A stretch of DNA of 59,990 bases, from positions 1-59,990 of IMG/VR virus record IMGVR_UViG_3300047095_000623. One strand, 5' to 3'. The translations under genes were made by a program, and so were the position numbers. Positions 19,130 through 27,932 of this stretch are shown piece after piece. The notes below the pieces were generated by a model that had not been told where the DNA came from, ran no database searches, and saw only the letters and a program-made list of their open reading frames with translations. Within the stretch, counting starts at the first letter, position 1. Every line of letters starts with the position of its first letter. The stretch comes from a virus (taxonomy: Duplodnaviria > Caudoviricetes).

Positions 19130-19441
19130 ATGTTAGTACTAAATGATAAAGTAGAAAATAAAATAGGATTAAGCGCCACGCTGGAGGAAATATATCTATT
19201 ATCTTTATGGATAAAAATGTATGTCGAGTGTAATGGTGACGTAGAGTTGCATGTAACTGAGAACGGCTGTGACATCATAGATTATTACGGCATAGAAATT
19301 ATCTTTGATACGGGTGATGATGAAGACGGTAACAGGTTTATGAACTTTATAAAGTCTCTCTCACAGGAAAGTAATTTTGGTGGGGTTAGAGAAAATGAAT
19401 ATTGGATAACCGGAGAAGATGTCGCGTCTTATGAATTATGA
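19130..19441 (+). CDS. hypothetical protein
   Basis: ORF. Confidence 0.5.
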   Translation: MLVLNDKVENKIGLSATLEEIYLLSLWIKMYVECNGDVELHVTENGCDIIDYYGIEIIFDTGDDEDGNRFMNFIKSLSQESNFGGVRENEYWITGEDVASYEL

Positions 19442-19622
19442 GAACATTAGCATGGGCATTAAACCTACACGATAACGAAGGGGATAGATACGCGGACGGG
19501 TTGTACTTATTCATAGATGGTATGACAGTCCTACGGTTCGACGACTCTACTGAACTGGAACAGTTCGCGCATAGGATTCTTTTTATGTTATCAGAAATAA
19601 GACAAAACGAATAATATAACAA

Positions 19623-19696
19623 GGGGGATGGGTTTGCTGGGGTGGACACCTCACCTGCAATGAGGCATCAGATGGGTTCGATTCCCATATCCTCCA
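19623..19696 (+). tRNA. tRNA-Ala(TGC), C33 variant
   Basis: G3:U70 pair; CCTCA-CCTGCAA-TGAGG. Confidence 0.85.
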
Positions 19697-19704
19697 CCTA
19701 ACTC

Positions 19705-19779
19705 GGGATGGTAGCTGTAATTGGTTGCAGCGTCTCTTTTACATGGAGAAGATTGGGGGTTCGATTCCCTCCCATCCTA
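19705..19779 (+). tRNA. tRNA-Val(TAC)
   Basis: TCTCT-TTTACAT-GGAGA. Confidence 0.85.
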
Positions 19780-19783
19780 CATA

Positions 19784-19855
19784 GGAATATTAGTGTAATG
19801 GTACGCACATAACATTGTCAATGTTATAGACCGATTTCAAATATCGGATGTTCCG
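19784..19855 (+). tRNA. tRNA-Asp(GTC)
   Basis: TAACA-TTGTCAA-TGTTA; G73. Confidence 0.85.
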
Positions 19856-19891
19856 CTTAATTATCAATAAACACTAGAGCATACTTCAATC

Positions 19892-20110
19892 ATGAACCAA
19901 CTGGTCCCACTACACAGTGATTATCCCCTCAAAGGACAGATCAGGATTCCTATCAACTCCCACCCCGGAGCATTTGGATGCCACCGGAGATACAATGTTC
20001 ATGAGGGTATTGATTTATACGGGAAGGAAGGAGATCCCGTATACGCCATCAGCTCTGGGGTAGATGAAATCTTGGACGAAGCTTCTATCTTTAACATATT
20101 GAAACAATGA
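19892..20110 (+). pseudogene. truncated M23 peptidase fragment
   Basis: HEGIDL..G.PVYA..G present, downstream HxH half absent. Confidence 0.6.
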
Positions 20111-20682
20111 ACGTACTATTAGGAATAACCGGAAGTGTGGCGGCTAAACTTACGCCAAAGTTACAGAGAGCTATCTTATGCAAAGGGCATAACGTTGATA
20201 CGGTAGTCACCAAGTCAGCGTTATACTTCGAACCACAGAGATACGAGTTGGACGACTATAACTCTGGTAGAACGTGGATGAACTACTACTCGGATGAAAC
20301 CGAGTGGGACGCCTATAAGAATGAGAATCTAGTTCAACATATCGAGTTGACCAAGAAAGCCGATGTGTTTTTAATCGCTCCATGTACGGCAAACACTCTG
20401 GCGAAAATCGCCAATGGTATATGTGACAATCTGGTTACTTGTTGTGTGCGGGCATTCCCGCTTCACAAACGATTGATAATCGCTCCTGCGATGAACACAA
20501 ACATGTGGGAGAATCCCATTACACAAAAACATGTCTCCATGATACGAGACCAAAAATATGGCTCCCTGATACGAGAACTTCGGGCGTGTCTGATCATCGA
20601 TCCGATATCCAAGGAATTATTCTGCGGTGATACCGGAGTCGGCGCTATGGCGAACATCGATGATATCGTCAATAGCATTTAA
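20107..20682 (+). CDS. coaC: phosphopantothenoylcysteine decarboxylase-like flavoprotein (HFCD)
   Basis: GITGSVAA, HIEL, APCTANTLAKIANGICDNL, PAMNTNMW, LFCGDTGVGAMA. Confidence 0.9.
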   Translation: MNVLLGITGSVAAKLTPKLQRAILCKGHNVDTVVTKSALYFEPQRYELDDYNSGRTWMNYYSDETEWDAYKNENLVQHIELTKKADVFLIAPCTANTLAKIANGICDNLVTCCVRAFPLHKRLIIAPAMNTNMWENPITQKHVSMIRDQKYGSLIRELRACLIIDPISKELFCGDTGVGAMANIDDIVNSI

Positions 20683-20686
20683 GCTT

Positions 20687-20929
20687 ATGGCTAAGAAAGA
20701 AACAGACTATATACAATGCGCTCTTAAACGGAAAGAGTACCACCACATGGCGTGGATTCCGGAAAAGTTCGCAGTTGTCGGCAAGTTCATCAAGATTAAG
20801 AAGAAGAACGATGAATGGGAGGATGGTTGGGAAGTCATAGGAGCGTCCAAGGAGGTTAAGAAAACCGCTAAGGAAGCTGACGATGCATCACAACTTTACA
20901 AAAAGACCCGGATATGTTCTGATATATAG
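20687..20929 (+). CDS. hypothetical protein
   Basis: QCALKR..AWIPEKFAVVGK. Confidence 0.6.
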   Translation: MAKKETDYIQCALKRKEYHHMAWIPEKFAVVGKFIKIKKKNDEWEDGWEVIGASKEVKKTAKEADDASQLYKKTRICSDI

Positions 20930-21016
20930 GGTGTCACCCGACTGGTAAGGAGCCATCTTGGAAAGGTGGTAAGTGGGGAAACCTGCTTGTGGTTTCGAAT
21001 ACCACGGCACCCGCCA
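20929..21016 (+). tRNA. tRNA-Ser(GGA)
   Basis: CCATC-TTGGAAA-GGTGG; long variable arm; GCCA end. Confidence 0.88.
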
Positions 21017-21131
21017 AACATTGATAAACACTAGGATACCATCTTTTTATGATTCACTATTTCACAATATCAGATATATTATACATCGCTTATCTGGCGA
21101 TACAGAAAGTGATAATATACATACTAACATA

Positions 21132-21218
21132 GGAAGATTGGTGGAGTGGTAACACGCTTGATTGCTAATCAAAGGCCCACCCTAACAGGTGGCGTAGGTT
21201 CGACCCCTACATCTTCCA
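21132..21218 (+). tRNA. tRNA-Ser(GCT)
   Basis: TTGA-TTGCTAA-TCAA; long variable arm. Confidence 0.88.
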
Positions 21219-21234
21219 CAGATACCATAAAAAT

Positions 21235-21615
21235 ATGACTACACCAGAATTACTAGCCAAGTGGGCAACGGTTTTAAACTTTACCAATGATCGTATTCGT
21301 CCGATCCCCGATGAACAACTGGAATACGTGGCATCGCAGTTAGAGATGTATGAAAAGAAGTTTAAGAGTTACCCCAAATGTTTAAAGATTCTGATACCCC
21401 AAGTCAGGGAACATTTTGAAAAACTCTTTCATTATATGGACATAGTAGAAGGCGAAGTATGTGTTATTATGAACGGAACCTCCGCTTCAAACTATCATAA
21501 AAGACGATTGATCGCCATACCACTTATACCCGAATTCGATATACACCCGTTCCTATACCAATGGGACCAGTTTTACACTTATAACGAAGACTCTGGAAGT
21601 TGGGTATGGGGTTGA
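21235..21615 (+). CDS. protein resembling the gp23 N-terminus
   Basis: ELLAKWATVL..VASQLE..KILIPQVR. Confidence 0.55.
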   Translation: MTTPELLAKWATVLNFTNDRIRPIPDEQLEYVASQLEMYEKKFKSYPKCLKILIPQVREHFEKLFHYMDIVEGEVCVIMNGTSASNYHKRRLIAIPLIPEFDIHPFLYQWDQFYTYNEDSGSWVWG

Positions 21616-21775
21616 TTTTACAAGCTACACATGGCAGTTGAAATAAAATATATTAGCTTTGTGATTGCCGCAAGGTATATTAGACCCCCCGTTCTTGAAA
21701 AAATCTATATCATATCCCATACTATTATTTAGTAGCAAAACCTATTTTCGATTCCCTCACGGCACTCTTAGATTT

Positions 21776-22234
21776 ATGACAGAACAAATACTATTACATA
21801 ATTCAGAAACGTTGAAACATATCAACGAAGTTAGAAGCAATGTTTGGAAGCTAATTCAAGCTCTTGACGTACGAGCGGCGGTACACGACTTGTCCAAGTT
21901 CGAAGAACCGGAGTGTAGCATATTCGCTGAGAATACTCCAAAGTTAGCCAAGACTGAATACGGTTCTCCACAATACACTGAGTTGTTAAAAGAGGTACAA
22001 GGGGCGATTGATCATCACTATTCCAAGAATACCCACCACCCGGAGCATTATAGTAGAGGGGTGGATGATATGGACTTGGTTGATGTTTGTGAAATGCTGT
22101 GTGATTGGGCCGCTGCTACGAAGAGGAACAAGAACGGGAACATTCATAAATCAATTGAACACAACACTACGAGATTTAATCTAAGCCCGCAGTTAGCTTC
22201 AATTCTAACAAACACGGTGAATCGGTACTTCTGA
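21776..22234 (+). CDS. HD-superfamily protein (DUF5662-like)
   Basis: HDLSKF..HHYSKNTHHPEH..EMLCDWAA. Confidence 0.75.
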   Translation: MTEQILLHNSETLKHINEVRSNVWKLIQALDVRAAVHDLSKFEEPECSIFAENTPKLAKTEYGSPQYTELLKEVQGAIDHHYSKNTHHPEHYSRGVDDMDLVDVCEMLCDWAAATKRNKNGNIHKSIEHNTTRFNLSPQLASILTNTVNRYF

Positions 22235-22260
22235 TGGAGATGAGCGGCATAAATAATAAC

Positions 22261-22626
22261 ATGGACCCTTTAACTTTAGTATATGAAGCAATGAACAAAA
22301 AAACCCTAGGGTATCACATTACCAGAAGGGCGAACCTACCCTCTATAAGACTAAAAGGGTTGCTTCCAAGTGTTCCCGAAGAGTTTCAAGACGAGGAGGG
22401 GGTATACTTTTTCAAATCAAAAGAAGGTGCGGTGGACGCATTATACAATTGGTTGGGGGAGCGTATTGAAGAATGGGAAGAAGACAATGGCGAAGAGTAC
22501 GATGAAGTATGTCTAGCGGTTGACTTAACAGGGTTGGAATCAGAACTACAGGATTGGGGTGGGTATGAGTGGATTTACCCGCATGTAATTCCCCCAGCCC
22601 GGATCATTAAAACTGTAACTCTTTGA
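22261..22626 (+). CDS. ADP-ribosyltransferase/Tpt1-fold-like protein
   Basis: YHIT..NLPSIRLKGLLP..GVYF..EW.YPHVIPP; TAAATA-N5-ATG. Confidence 0.55.
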   Translation: MDPLTLVYEAMNKKTLGYHITRRANLPSIRLKGLLPSVPEEFQDEEGVYFFKSKEGAVDALYNWLGERIEEWEEDNGEEYDEVCLAVDLTGLESELQDWGGYEWIYPHVIPPARIIKTVTL

Positions 22627-22629
22627 TTA

Positions 22630-23409
22630 TCAAAGCCTTGCGGCTTGAATATGCATCCAGTCGAAGTTTCTGGCTCTGCCCAAACTCACCCATCCTTCCG
22701 CCTCAACTATTCTGAAGAATGGAATATATTCTTCACGGGCGAAGTATGCCTTATCCTTACCCCATTTCAATTGATTGCGATTGGAATCAAGGTCTAACGC
22801 CCCGCCCCAAGAGTGAATACTCCATGCGGAACCTCCGCGCATTTTTCTAACGTTCAGACATCCCGCATATACGTCAAGGTGTAATTCCTTTATAGCATCA
22901 TGCCCATAATGTGTTAGAGTGTTTTTCAGAATTCTCTCCAAGGAGTCCTTTACCTTTGTGTGGCAGGTGATTTGTTTGACGATGGCAGACGTGTCCCATT
23001 CCAATACCATCGGGTATGGAAGGGTTAGTTGCGTTTGGTTCTCGCCTACACCGCCGTAGAACGCGACCATGCTGGCGTAGTCCTGCTTCGGCCAGTCGTT
23101 ATACTTGGATGTGACTTGTACGACTTGGGAAACCTTTACAGGTTCATCCGTCATCTTAAGATCGACAAGAAGTTTCTCATATCCACCTTGGGTCTTTTGT
23201 CCCCATAGTCCATCAATCTCCCCCACCGTAATATTCTTACGGATACACGCGACTTGAATAACCGCAATGTACAGCTTGTCGTCAGACAGTTCGGAGAAGT
23301 CATAGAACTTACGGGCGGCTTCACAGCTATTCCCGCCGAATTTGCCGTCAATCGCGTGCTTGTAAAGACCAGCGTTTTTTAGAATCGTTTGTGCTACTTT
23401 TTCTTTCAT
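22630..23409 (-). CDS. endolysin: PG-binding domains + M15 peptidase
   Basis: IDGKFG / IDGLWG.KT PG-binding motifs; R.MRGG..WSIHSWGGALDLD; DWMHIQ. Confidence 0.88.
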   Translation of the reverse strand: MKEKVAQTILKNAGLYKHAIDGKFGGNSCEAARKFYDFSELSDDKLYIAVIQVACIRKNITVGEIDGLWGQKTQGGYEKLLVDLKMTDEPVKVSQVVQVTSKYNDWPKQDYASMVAFYGGVGENQTQLTLPYPMVLEWDTSAIVKQITCHTKVKDSLERILKNTLTHYGHDAIKELHLDVYAGCLNVRKMRGGSAWSIHSWGGALDLDSNRNQLKWGKDKAYFAREEYIPFFRIVEAEGWVSLGRARNFDWMHIQAARL

Positions 23410-23810
23410 CGAAATTCGGGTACGTCGCTTTTTTCAATCCAATCCAGAGGCGCGTAACTCGGATCGTTATAATAATCATTCTTGAATTGGGATATCACTT
23501 CCGGGTTGGGAATTGACATATCAATTGTTACCGTTGTCATTCGTTTGGTTTCCTCCTGTACTTCGGTTTCGTGCATGGATTTGACGCTATACGCCTTGAC
23601 CCACGAATCACCTGATGCTCCAAGGATGAACAAGGAACCGATTGCCAGTAAGAACTGACAGTACGGGGCAGGGTCAAATGAGACTCCGATATACACATTG
23701 ACGAATAATACGACAAACATACAAGCGATGAAGATGGCACTCCAACGTTGACGATTTCCCGTGAAAAAATTTTCTTTATCTAGTGGATCTCTTTTTACAC
23801 TCATAATCAA
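23406..23810 (-). CDS. holin-like membrane protein
   Basis: Two TM segments; directly upstream of endolysin. Confidence 0.55.
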   Translation of the reverse strand: MIMSVKRDPLDKENFFTGNRQRWSAIFIACMFVVLFVNVYIGVSFDPAPYCQFLLAIGSLFILGASGDSWVKAYSVKSMHETEVQEETKRMTTVTIDMSIPNPEVISQFKNDYYNDPSYAPLDWIEKSDVPEFR

Positions 23811-24496
23811 ATTCTAAACTTTGTCGTTGGAAGATATAACATTAAAGCATTTTTTATAATCGTCCATAATATAAATCCTGCCACCAGTCCCCATACCCAC
23901 CTTTTATAGACTAGCGCGGTCGCACTTATCTGTTTTTGTTTGGTAACTTCCGCTTTTAGTTTTTCGATTTCCTTTCCAAGACTATTTACATTCGTGGATA
24001 GAAAATTGTACTGTACACGTAGTTGTTCGGCCTCGCTTTCCTTTTGAGTAATCAAAGTCTTGGCGTCGTTCAGATTCGTCTGTACTTCCGCTAATTGTTT
24101 GGCTTGTTCTCCCGTCACAGTTATAAGATCCAGATTTTGCGCTTCAAGACTGTTGTTGCGGAGTTCGATCTTTTGGATTTCCTCCACCAGCTTACCCACT
24201 TCGGGTACCGTAATAAACTCCTTGGCATTCGCCTTGATGTTCATTTGCTGGATCTGTGCCAACGCTTCAGCTATAGCATCCTTCTGTTCCGTGATGGTTT
24301 TTTTCTGGTCTTCTATCTTAGCACCCAATTTTACATTGGTTTTAATGGTTTCGACCACATTGGAATCCACCTTATTGACACTTGGCAGCGCACTCTCCGT
24401 TTTTGGGGGTGGGGGAGATACGAGAGGAAGTGGTACGTTAGGCGCACAACTACCAATTAGTAAGGCACCGATACCCAGCAACACATATGTCTTCAT
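23807..24496 (-). CDS. lipoprotein with coiled coil and C-terminal TM (unimolecular spanin candidate)
   Basis: LLIGSC lipobox, Pro linker, heptads, WVWGLVAGFILWTII. Confidence 0.6.
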   Translation of the reverse strand: MKTYVLLGIGALLIGSCAPNVPLPLVSPPPPKTESALPSVNKVDSNVVETIKTNVKLGAKIEDQKKTITEQKDAIAEALAQIQQMNIKANAKEFITVPEVGKLVEEIQKIELRNNSLEAQNLDLITVTGEQAKQLAEVQTNLNDAKTLITQKESEAEQLRVQYNFLSTNVNSLGKEIEKLKAEVTKQKQISATALVYKRWVWGLVAGFILWTIIKNALMLYLPTTKFRI

Positions 24497-24504
24497 ACCC
24501 TTAT

Positions 24505-24882
24505 TTAGGGGTCCGCTTTGCTAATTGGAGGGGCAGTACTCTCCAAATGCTTGTTCATGGCAGCTTCTATTCGAATCAAAGAGTCTTTAACCGCAACATT
24601 AGTTTCCTCTATTCGCATAACACGCCTATCAATGGCCAATTTGTCCGAATCTAGAATAGTCTTATTGGTAATCCAGTCCATGCTGGTAAATCGATTGGAT
24701 TGGGCGGTAGCCATGGATATCTCAAGGGATCGAATGCTTTTTTCCATGTTGTTTATTCGATCCCATGCCTGACTTAAAAACCAAGTGCTAAACATTAAAG
24801 CGATAGACATTACGACTGATCCTACTCGGATAATCCATGTATTAGTAATATTTTGTAATTTTTCGGAAGTAGCAATACTCAT
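24505..24882 (-). CDS. single-TM coiled-coil protein (lysis module)
   Basis: N-terminal TM, coiled coil. Confidence 0.55.
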   Translation of the reverse strand: MSIATSEKLQNITNTWIIRVGSVVMSIALMFSTWFLSQAWDRINNMEKSIRSLEISMATAQSNRFTSMDWITNKTILDSDKLAIDRRVMRIEETNVAVKDSLIRIEAAMNKHLESTAPPISKADP

Positions 24883-24962
24883 ATCATTAGGAGGTATAGT
24901 TATTTAATCAAGTTCGTCTCTACTACTTGACAATGGACCCCCCTGTGGTATAAATAGACCAT

Positions 24963-25358
24963 ATGGTTAAAAAAACACTATTAGCGATGGGATGGATCTG
25001 CCTTCAGGCGGGTGGGATGGCCGAGTTAGCCGCCGCAGAGCATGGGAAAGCGTCTTGGTATTCTGTCAGGGACAACCACGGGACTGTCACCGCCAGCGGG
25101 CAGAAGCTCAACGACAACCACCTTACGGCGGCACACAAAACCCTCCCCATGGGAACCCAAGTCCGAGTGACTAATTTGAATAATAACAAGAGTATCGTGT
25201 GTGTTATCACGGATCGCGGCCCCGCTATAAAGGATAGGGTACTGGATGTTACTAAGAGAGCTGCGGAAATGTTAGGGTTTAGAGACGCTGGGTTGACAAG
25301 AGTTAAAATCGAAGTTATCGGCAAAGTAAGCTTAAACCGGAGGGTACCTCTCAAATAA
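24963..25358 (+). CDS. rlpA: RlpA-like lytic transglycosylase (DPBB)
   Basis: GKASWY, TASG, TAAHKTLPMGT.VRVTN, ITDRGP, LDVT. Confidence 0.92.
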   Translation: MVKKTLLAMGWICLQAGGMAELAAAEHGKASWYSVRDNHGTVTASGQKLNDNHLTAAHKTLPMGTQVRVTNLNNNKSIVCVITDRGPAIKDRVLDVTKRAAEMLGFRDAGLTRVKIEVIGKVSLNRRVPLK

Positions 25359-26294
25359 ACGCTCCCTCTTTATTTGTACAAATCGGGTTAAAGCAGATTC
25401 CATATTTTTAGAAACGTGTTTTTGTTTATTACAAAAAAACCAGACGTTGCCTTCGTCGTCTGTTCTTCCGACGCTAGACCGATTAAAAGAGCAAGAAGTT
25501 ATTACCCTCTCGATGAGGCTCTTTTTTCTATTTAAAAATATACTACATCCTTCATATAATAATTTATATAATTTATAACAGTTGTCTCTTCCTGATAAAA
25601 CCACTGAACCATATCCGTTTTTGCGTTCTTTATAAGGGGCGAATATAATACCGTACTTAGTCTCCATAAACTCTTTGATTTGGTTGCACATTGCCTTATT
25701 AGAGGTAAAACTCATAACAATTGGAAGAGTTTTTTTAATACCTCCGTCTCCATCGTAAAATCCTCTAATAAAATGGCGGAATAGTTCCTCTGGAACCTTA
25801 TCAAAGGATGGTAAAGATATTGTAGACGATTTATTAGGGGTGCATCCTAATTTAACCAGATCCTTTCCTAGTGTAATATTACCGAGCTGGAACGACGCTA
25901 TGTTGCTCCAGTTTTTAGTACGCCTTATAATAATTTTGACTAGATCTTCCTTACATAAAATGTAACTTATCTTGCGTAAAATTTCGCCATCCTGCTCTTG
26001 CAACCGTATCCTTAATTTATAAGAGCAAATATGATTTCTATCCTTACTCCAATACGGCGATAATGACCCATCTGAATACATCAGCCCTAGAATATAAGCC
26101 TTCTCTTCGGTGTCGATAGTTTTGAAAAAGTTCACATCTATGTTTGGATTTGTTTTAAACCCTCTTCGCTTATATAGGATAATCCCATTATCTCTTAGAA
26201 AAGTATATATTCTATTTTTAGAAACCTTATATTCGTTTGACAACTCGGCCACCGTTTTCCCGGTATTATATTCTTGAAGTATAGTATTATACAT
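25332..26294 (-). CDS. free-standing LAGLIDADG homing endonuclease with N-terminal HTH
   Basis: FFKTIDTEEKAYILGLMYSDG; FRHFIRGFYDGDG; TAAATA-N5-ATG. Confidence 0.9.
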   Translation of the reverse strand: MYNTILQEYNTGKTVAELSNEYKVSKNRIYTFLRDNGIILYKRRGFKTNPNIDVNFFKTIDTEEKAYILGLMYSDGSLSPYWSKDRNHICSYKLRIRLQEQDGEILRKISYILCKEDLVKIIIRRTKNWSNIASFQLGNITLGKDLVKLGCTPNKSSTISLPSFDKVPEELFRHFIRGFYDGDGGIKKTLPIVMSFTSNKAMCNQIKEFMETKYGIIFAPYKERKNGYGSVVLSGRDNCYKLYKLLYEGCSIFLNRKKSLIERVITSCSFNRSSVGRTDDEGNVWFFCNKQKHVSKNMESALTRFVQIKRERLFERYPPV

Positions 26295-26325
26295 ATTACT
26301 ATTTAGTGCGAACGTTATGTTTTGT

Positions 26326-26451
26326 GGTCCCTACATTAAGGGTAGAATCATTGATGTTACGAAGATGGCGGCGGAAAAACTAGGATTTAAAGAAGCGGGA
26401 GTCACGAAAGTCCGGGTGGAGGTACTTGGTAAGTTTACTATTGATAAATAG
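26326..26451 (+). pseudogene. orphaned 3' end of an rlpA allele
   Basis: Translates GPYIKGRIIDVTKMAAEKLGFKEAGVTKVRVEVLGKFTIDK*, colinear with RlpA C-terminus. Confidence 0.85.
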
Positions 26452-26455
26452 TATT

Positions 26456-26644
26456 GTGGAAAAGTTCGAGCAGTTTTTTAAAAAAGTCAATACTGATATA
26501 GACTACGATCCCAAACAATTGAAAATGGGCATCAAAGTAGAGCAGGAACACACCACAAACAAAAAAATTGCGGAAACCATAGCCAAACATCATCTGGCGG
26601 AAGATCCCGAGTACTACACCAAGTTAAAAAAAGCCAAGTTATGA
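26456..26644 (+). CDS. DUF5661-like small late protein
   Basis: MGIKVEQEHT..IAKHHLAEDPEYYTKL; TAAATA-N5-GTG. Confidence 0.7.
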   Translation: MEKFEQFFKKVNTDIDYDPKQLKMGIKVEQEHTTNKKIAETIAKHHLAEDPEYYTKLKKAKL

Positions 26645-26841
26645 GGCGAATCTATAACTATTCTTCTGAACAACAGCTATCGATTCTAAAGGATATTTGT
26701 AACGCTATCTATATAGCCCGAAACATATCCATGAGTCAGGAACGTATTGTAAAAGAACTGGAGAGGATAGACTGCTTGTTCCGCACAGTTGAACACGATG
26801 AGGACGAGAGCTTTGACTGTTTGTCTATAAAAACAGACTGA
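26641..26841 (+). CDS. hypothetical protein
   Basis: ORF. Confidence 0.45.
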   Translation: MRRIYNYSSEQQLSILKDICNAIYIARNISMSQERIVKELERIDCLFRTVEHDEDESFDCLSIKTD

Positions 26842-26860
26842 AGTGTTAAATATGTGTGCT

Positions 26861-27058
26861 ATGATTAAGAGATTGAACGACAGCACTGTGAAGATTTGCT
26901 GTGGAAAACTTGGATGTCCCATTATTGAAGATCTAGGCGACGGGACGGTTAAAATTACAGATGACGATGGCAAGTATGTGATCGTCAAGAAATCAGAAGC
27001 ATTGCTTCTATCGGATGGAGTCAGAACATTGAATCATGAACAACTTATTCTCGGATGA
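26861..27058 (+). CDS. small hypothetical protein (CCGKLGCP)
   Basis: ORF with TAAATA upstream. Confidence 0.55.
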   Translation: MIKRLNDSTVKICCGKLGCPIIEDLGDGTVKITDDDGKYVIVKKSEALLLSDGVRTLNHEQLILG

Positions 27059-27344
27059 CATATTCTTTCTTTCCATGGTCCTTATCGGGACTTGCTTCAT
27101 TCTGAAGTATGGAAGTATCTTGGATTTTATTAGAGTCCCCCTAACCAAACTAACATTCTTTAAAAAACTATTCTCATGCGCTCTCTGCCTAGGATTCTGG
27201 ATCGGCCTGTTATGGGGAAGTGTCTCGACTGGTTCACTCTATTATGTGTTACAGTTAGCATTATTCTCATCGGGAGTATGCTGGTTGGCTGATCATGCTG
27301 TAATGGTCGCCCAAAAATACCTTTATGGAGACAAACCTATCTAA
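27036..27344 (+). CDS. membrane protein (DUF1360-like CxxCxGFW)
   Basis: LFSCALCLGFWIG; 3 TM. Confidence 0.6.
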   Translation: MNNLFSDDIFFLSMVLIGTCFILKYGSILDFIRVPLTKLTFFKKLFSCALCLGFWIGLLWGSVSTGSLYYVLQLALFSSGVCWLADHAVMVAQKYLYGDKPI

Positions 27345-27552
27345 GTGTTACTGTGTAACTCTTTCAGGAGGACCGTTTAGTGTAATCCCAACTACGGATT
27401 ATGACTATCATACAAAAGAGCTAGTCTTGGTATATCTAACAGTTTGTCCCGCTTGTAGAAAATGGTACGACGAACTAGGATTGATTCTGACAGATGATCA
27501 GATCATGAAGTTTTTTGGAGATCAGCCCATCTCAACCGACTTCAAGTCGTAG
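27325..27552 (+). CDS. small Cys-containing protein
   Basis: ORF. Confidence 0.4.
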   Translation: METNLSKCYCVTLSGGPFSVIPTTDYDYHTKELVLVYLTVCPACRKWYDELGLILTDDQIMKFFGDQPISTDFKS

Positions 27553-27926
27553 AAGTCTTTCATAAACTCCATATTTCTTTTTTGGTAGGATGTGGGAAAC
27601 TCCCCGGGGTATGTCTCCCAAAATATTTTCTGCTGCCCTTTGCTGACTATAATACGGACCCACCCGAGTCTTAATAGAAAATCATATACACTATCAGGGA
27701 TCGGATGTATTCCAGCCTTCTTCAGGAGTTCTTCCGCTATATCGGAATGGTGTCCTAATCTTAAAACCGGAATATAGTTTCCATGTTTATCCATCCAAAA
27801 CCCGTATGGAGCGGTCATCGGCAAGCGGACCATACTATTAAACATACCCAAGCTCTTAGGTGGTACCTCTAGGAATCTACGCTCTATGTCGGAACTTTCT
27901 AGAAAGAATTGAAGGAAAGTAATCAT
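27522..27926 (-). CDS. hypothetical late protein, YGFW.DKHG family
   Basis: PYGFWMDKHGNYIPV..GWVRI. Confidence 0.75.
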   Translation of the reverse strand: MITFLQFFLESSDIERRFLEVPPKSLGMFNSMVRLPMTAPYGFWMDKHGNYIPVLRLGHHSDIAEELLKKAGIHPIPDSVYDFLLRLGWVRIIVSKGQQKIFWETYPGEFPTSYQKRNMEFMKDFYDLKSVEMG

Positions 27927-27932
27927 ATGGTA

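Noticed and set aside
25332-26325. Group I intron in rlpA
   Set aside because: Almost no non-coding space for a ribozyme core, the endonuclease is antisense, and rlpA is already complete
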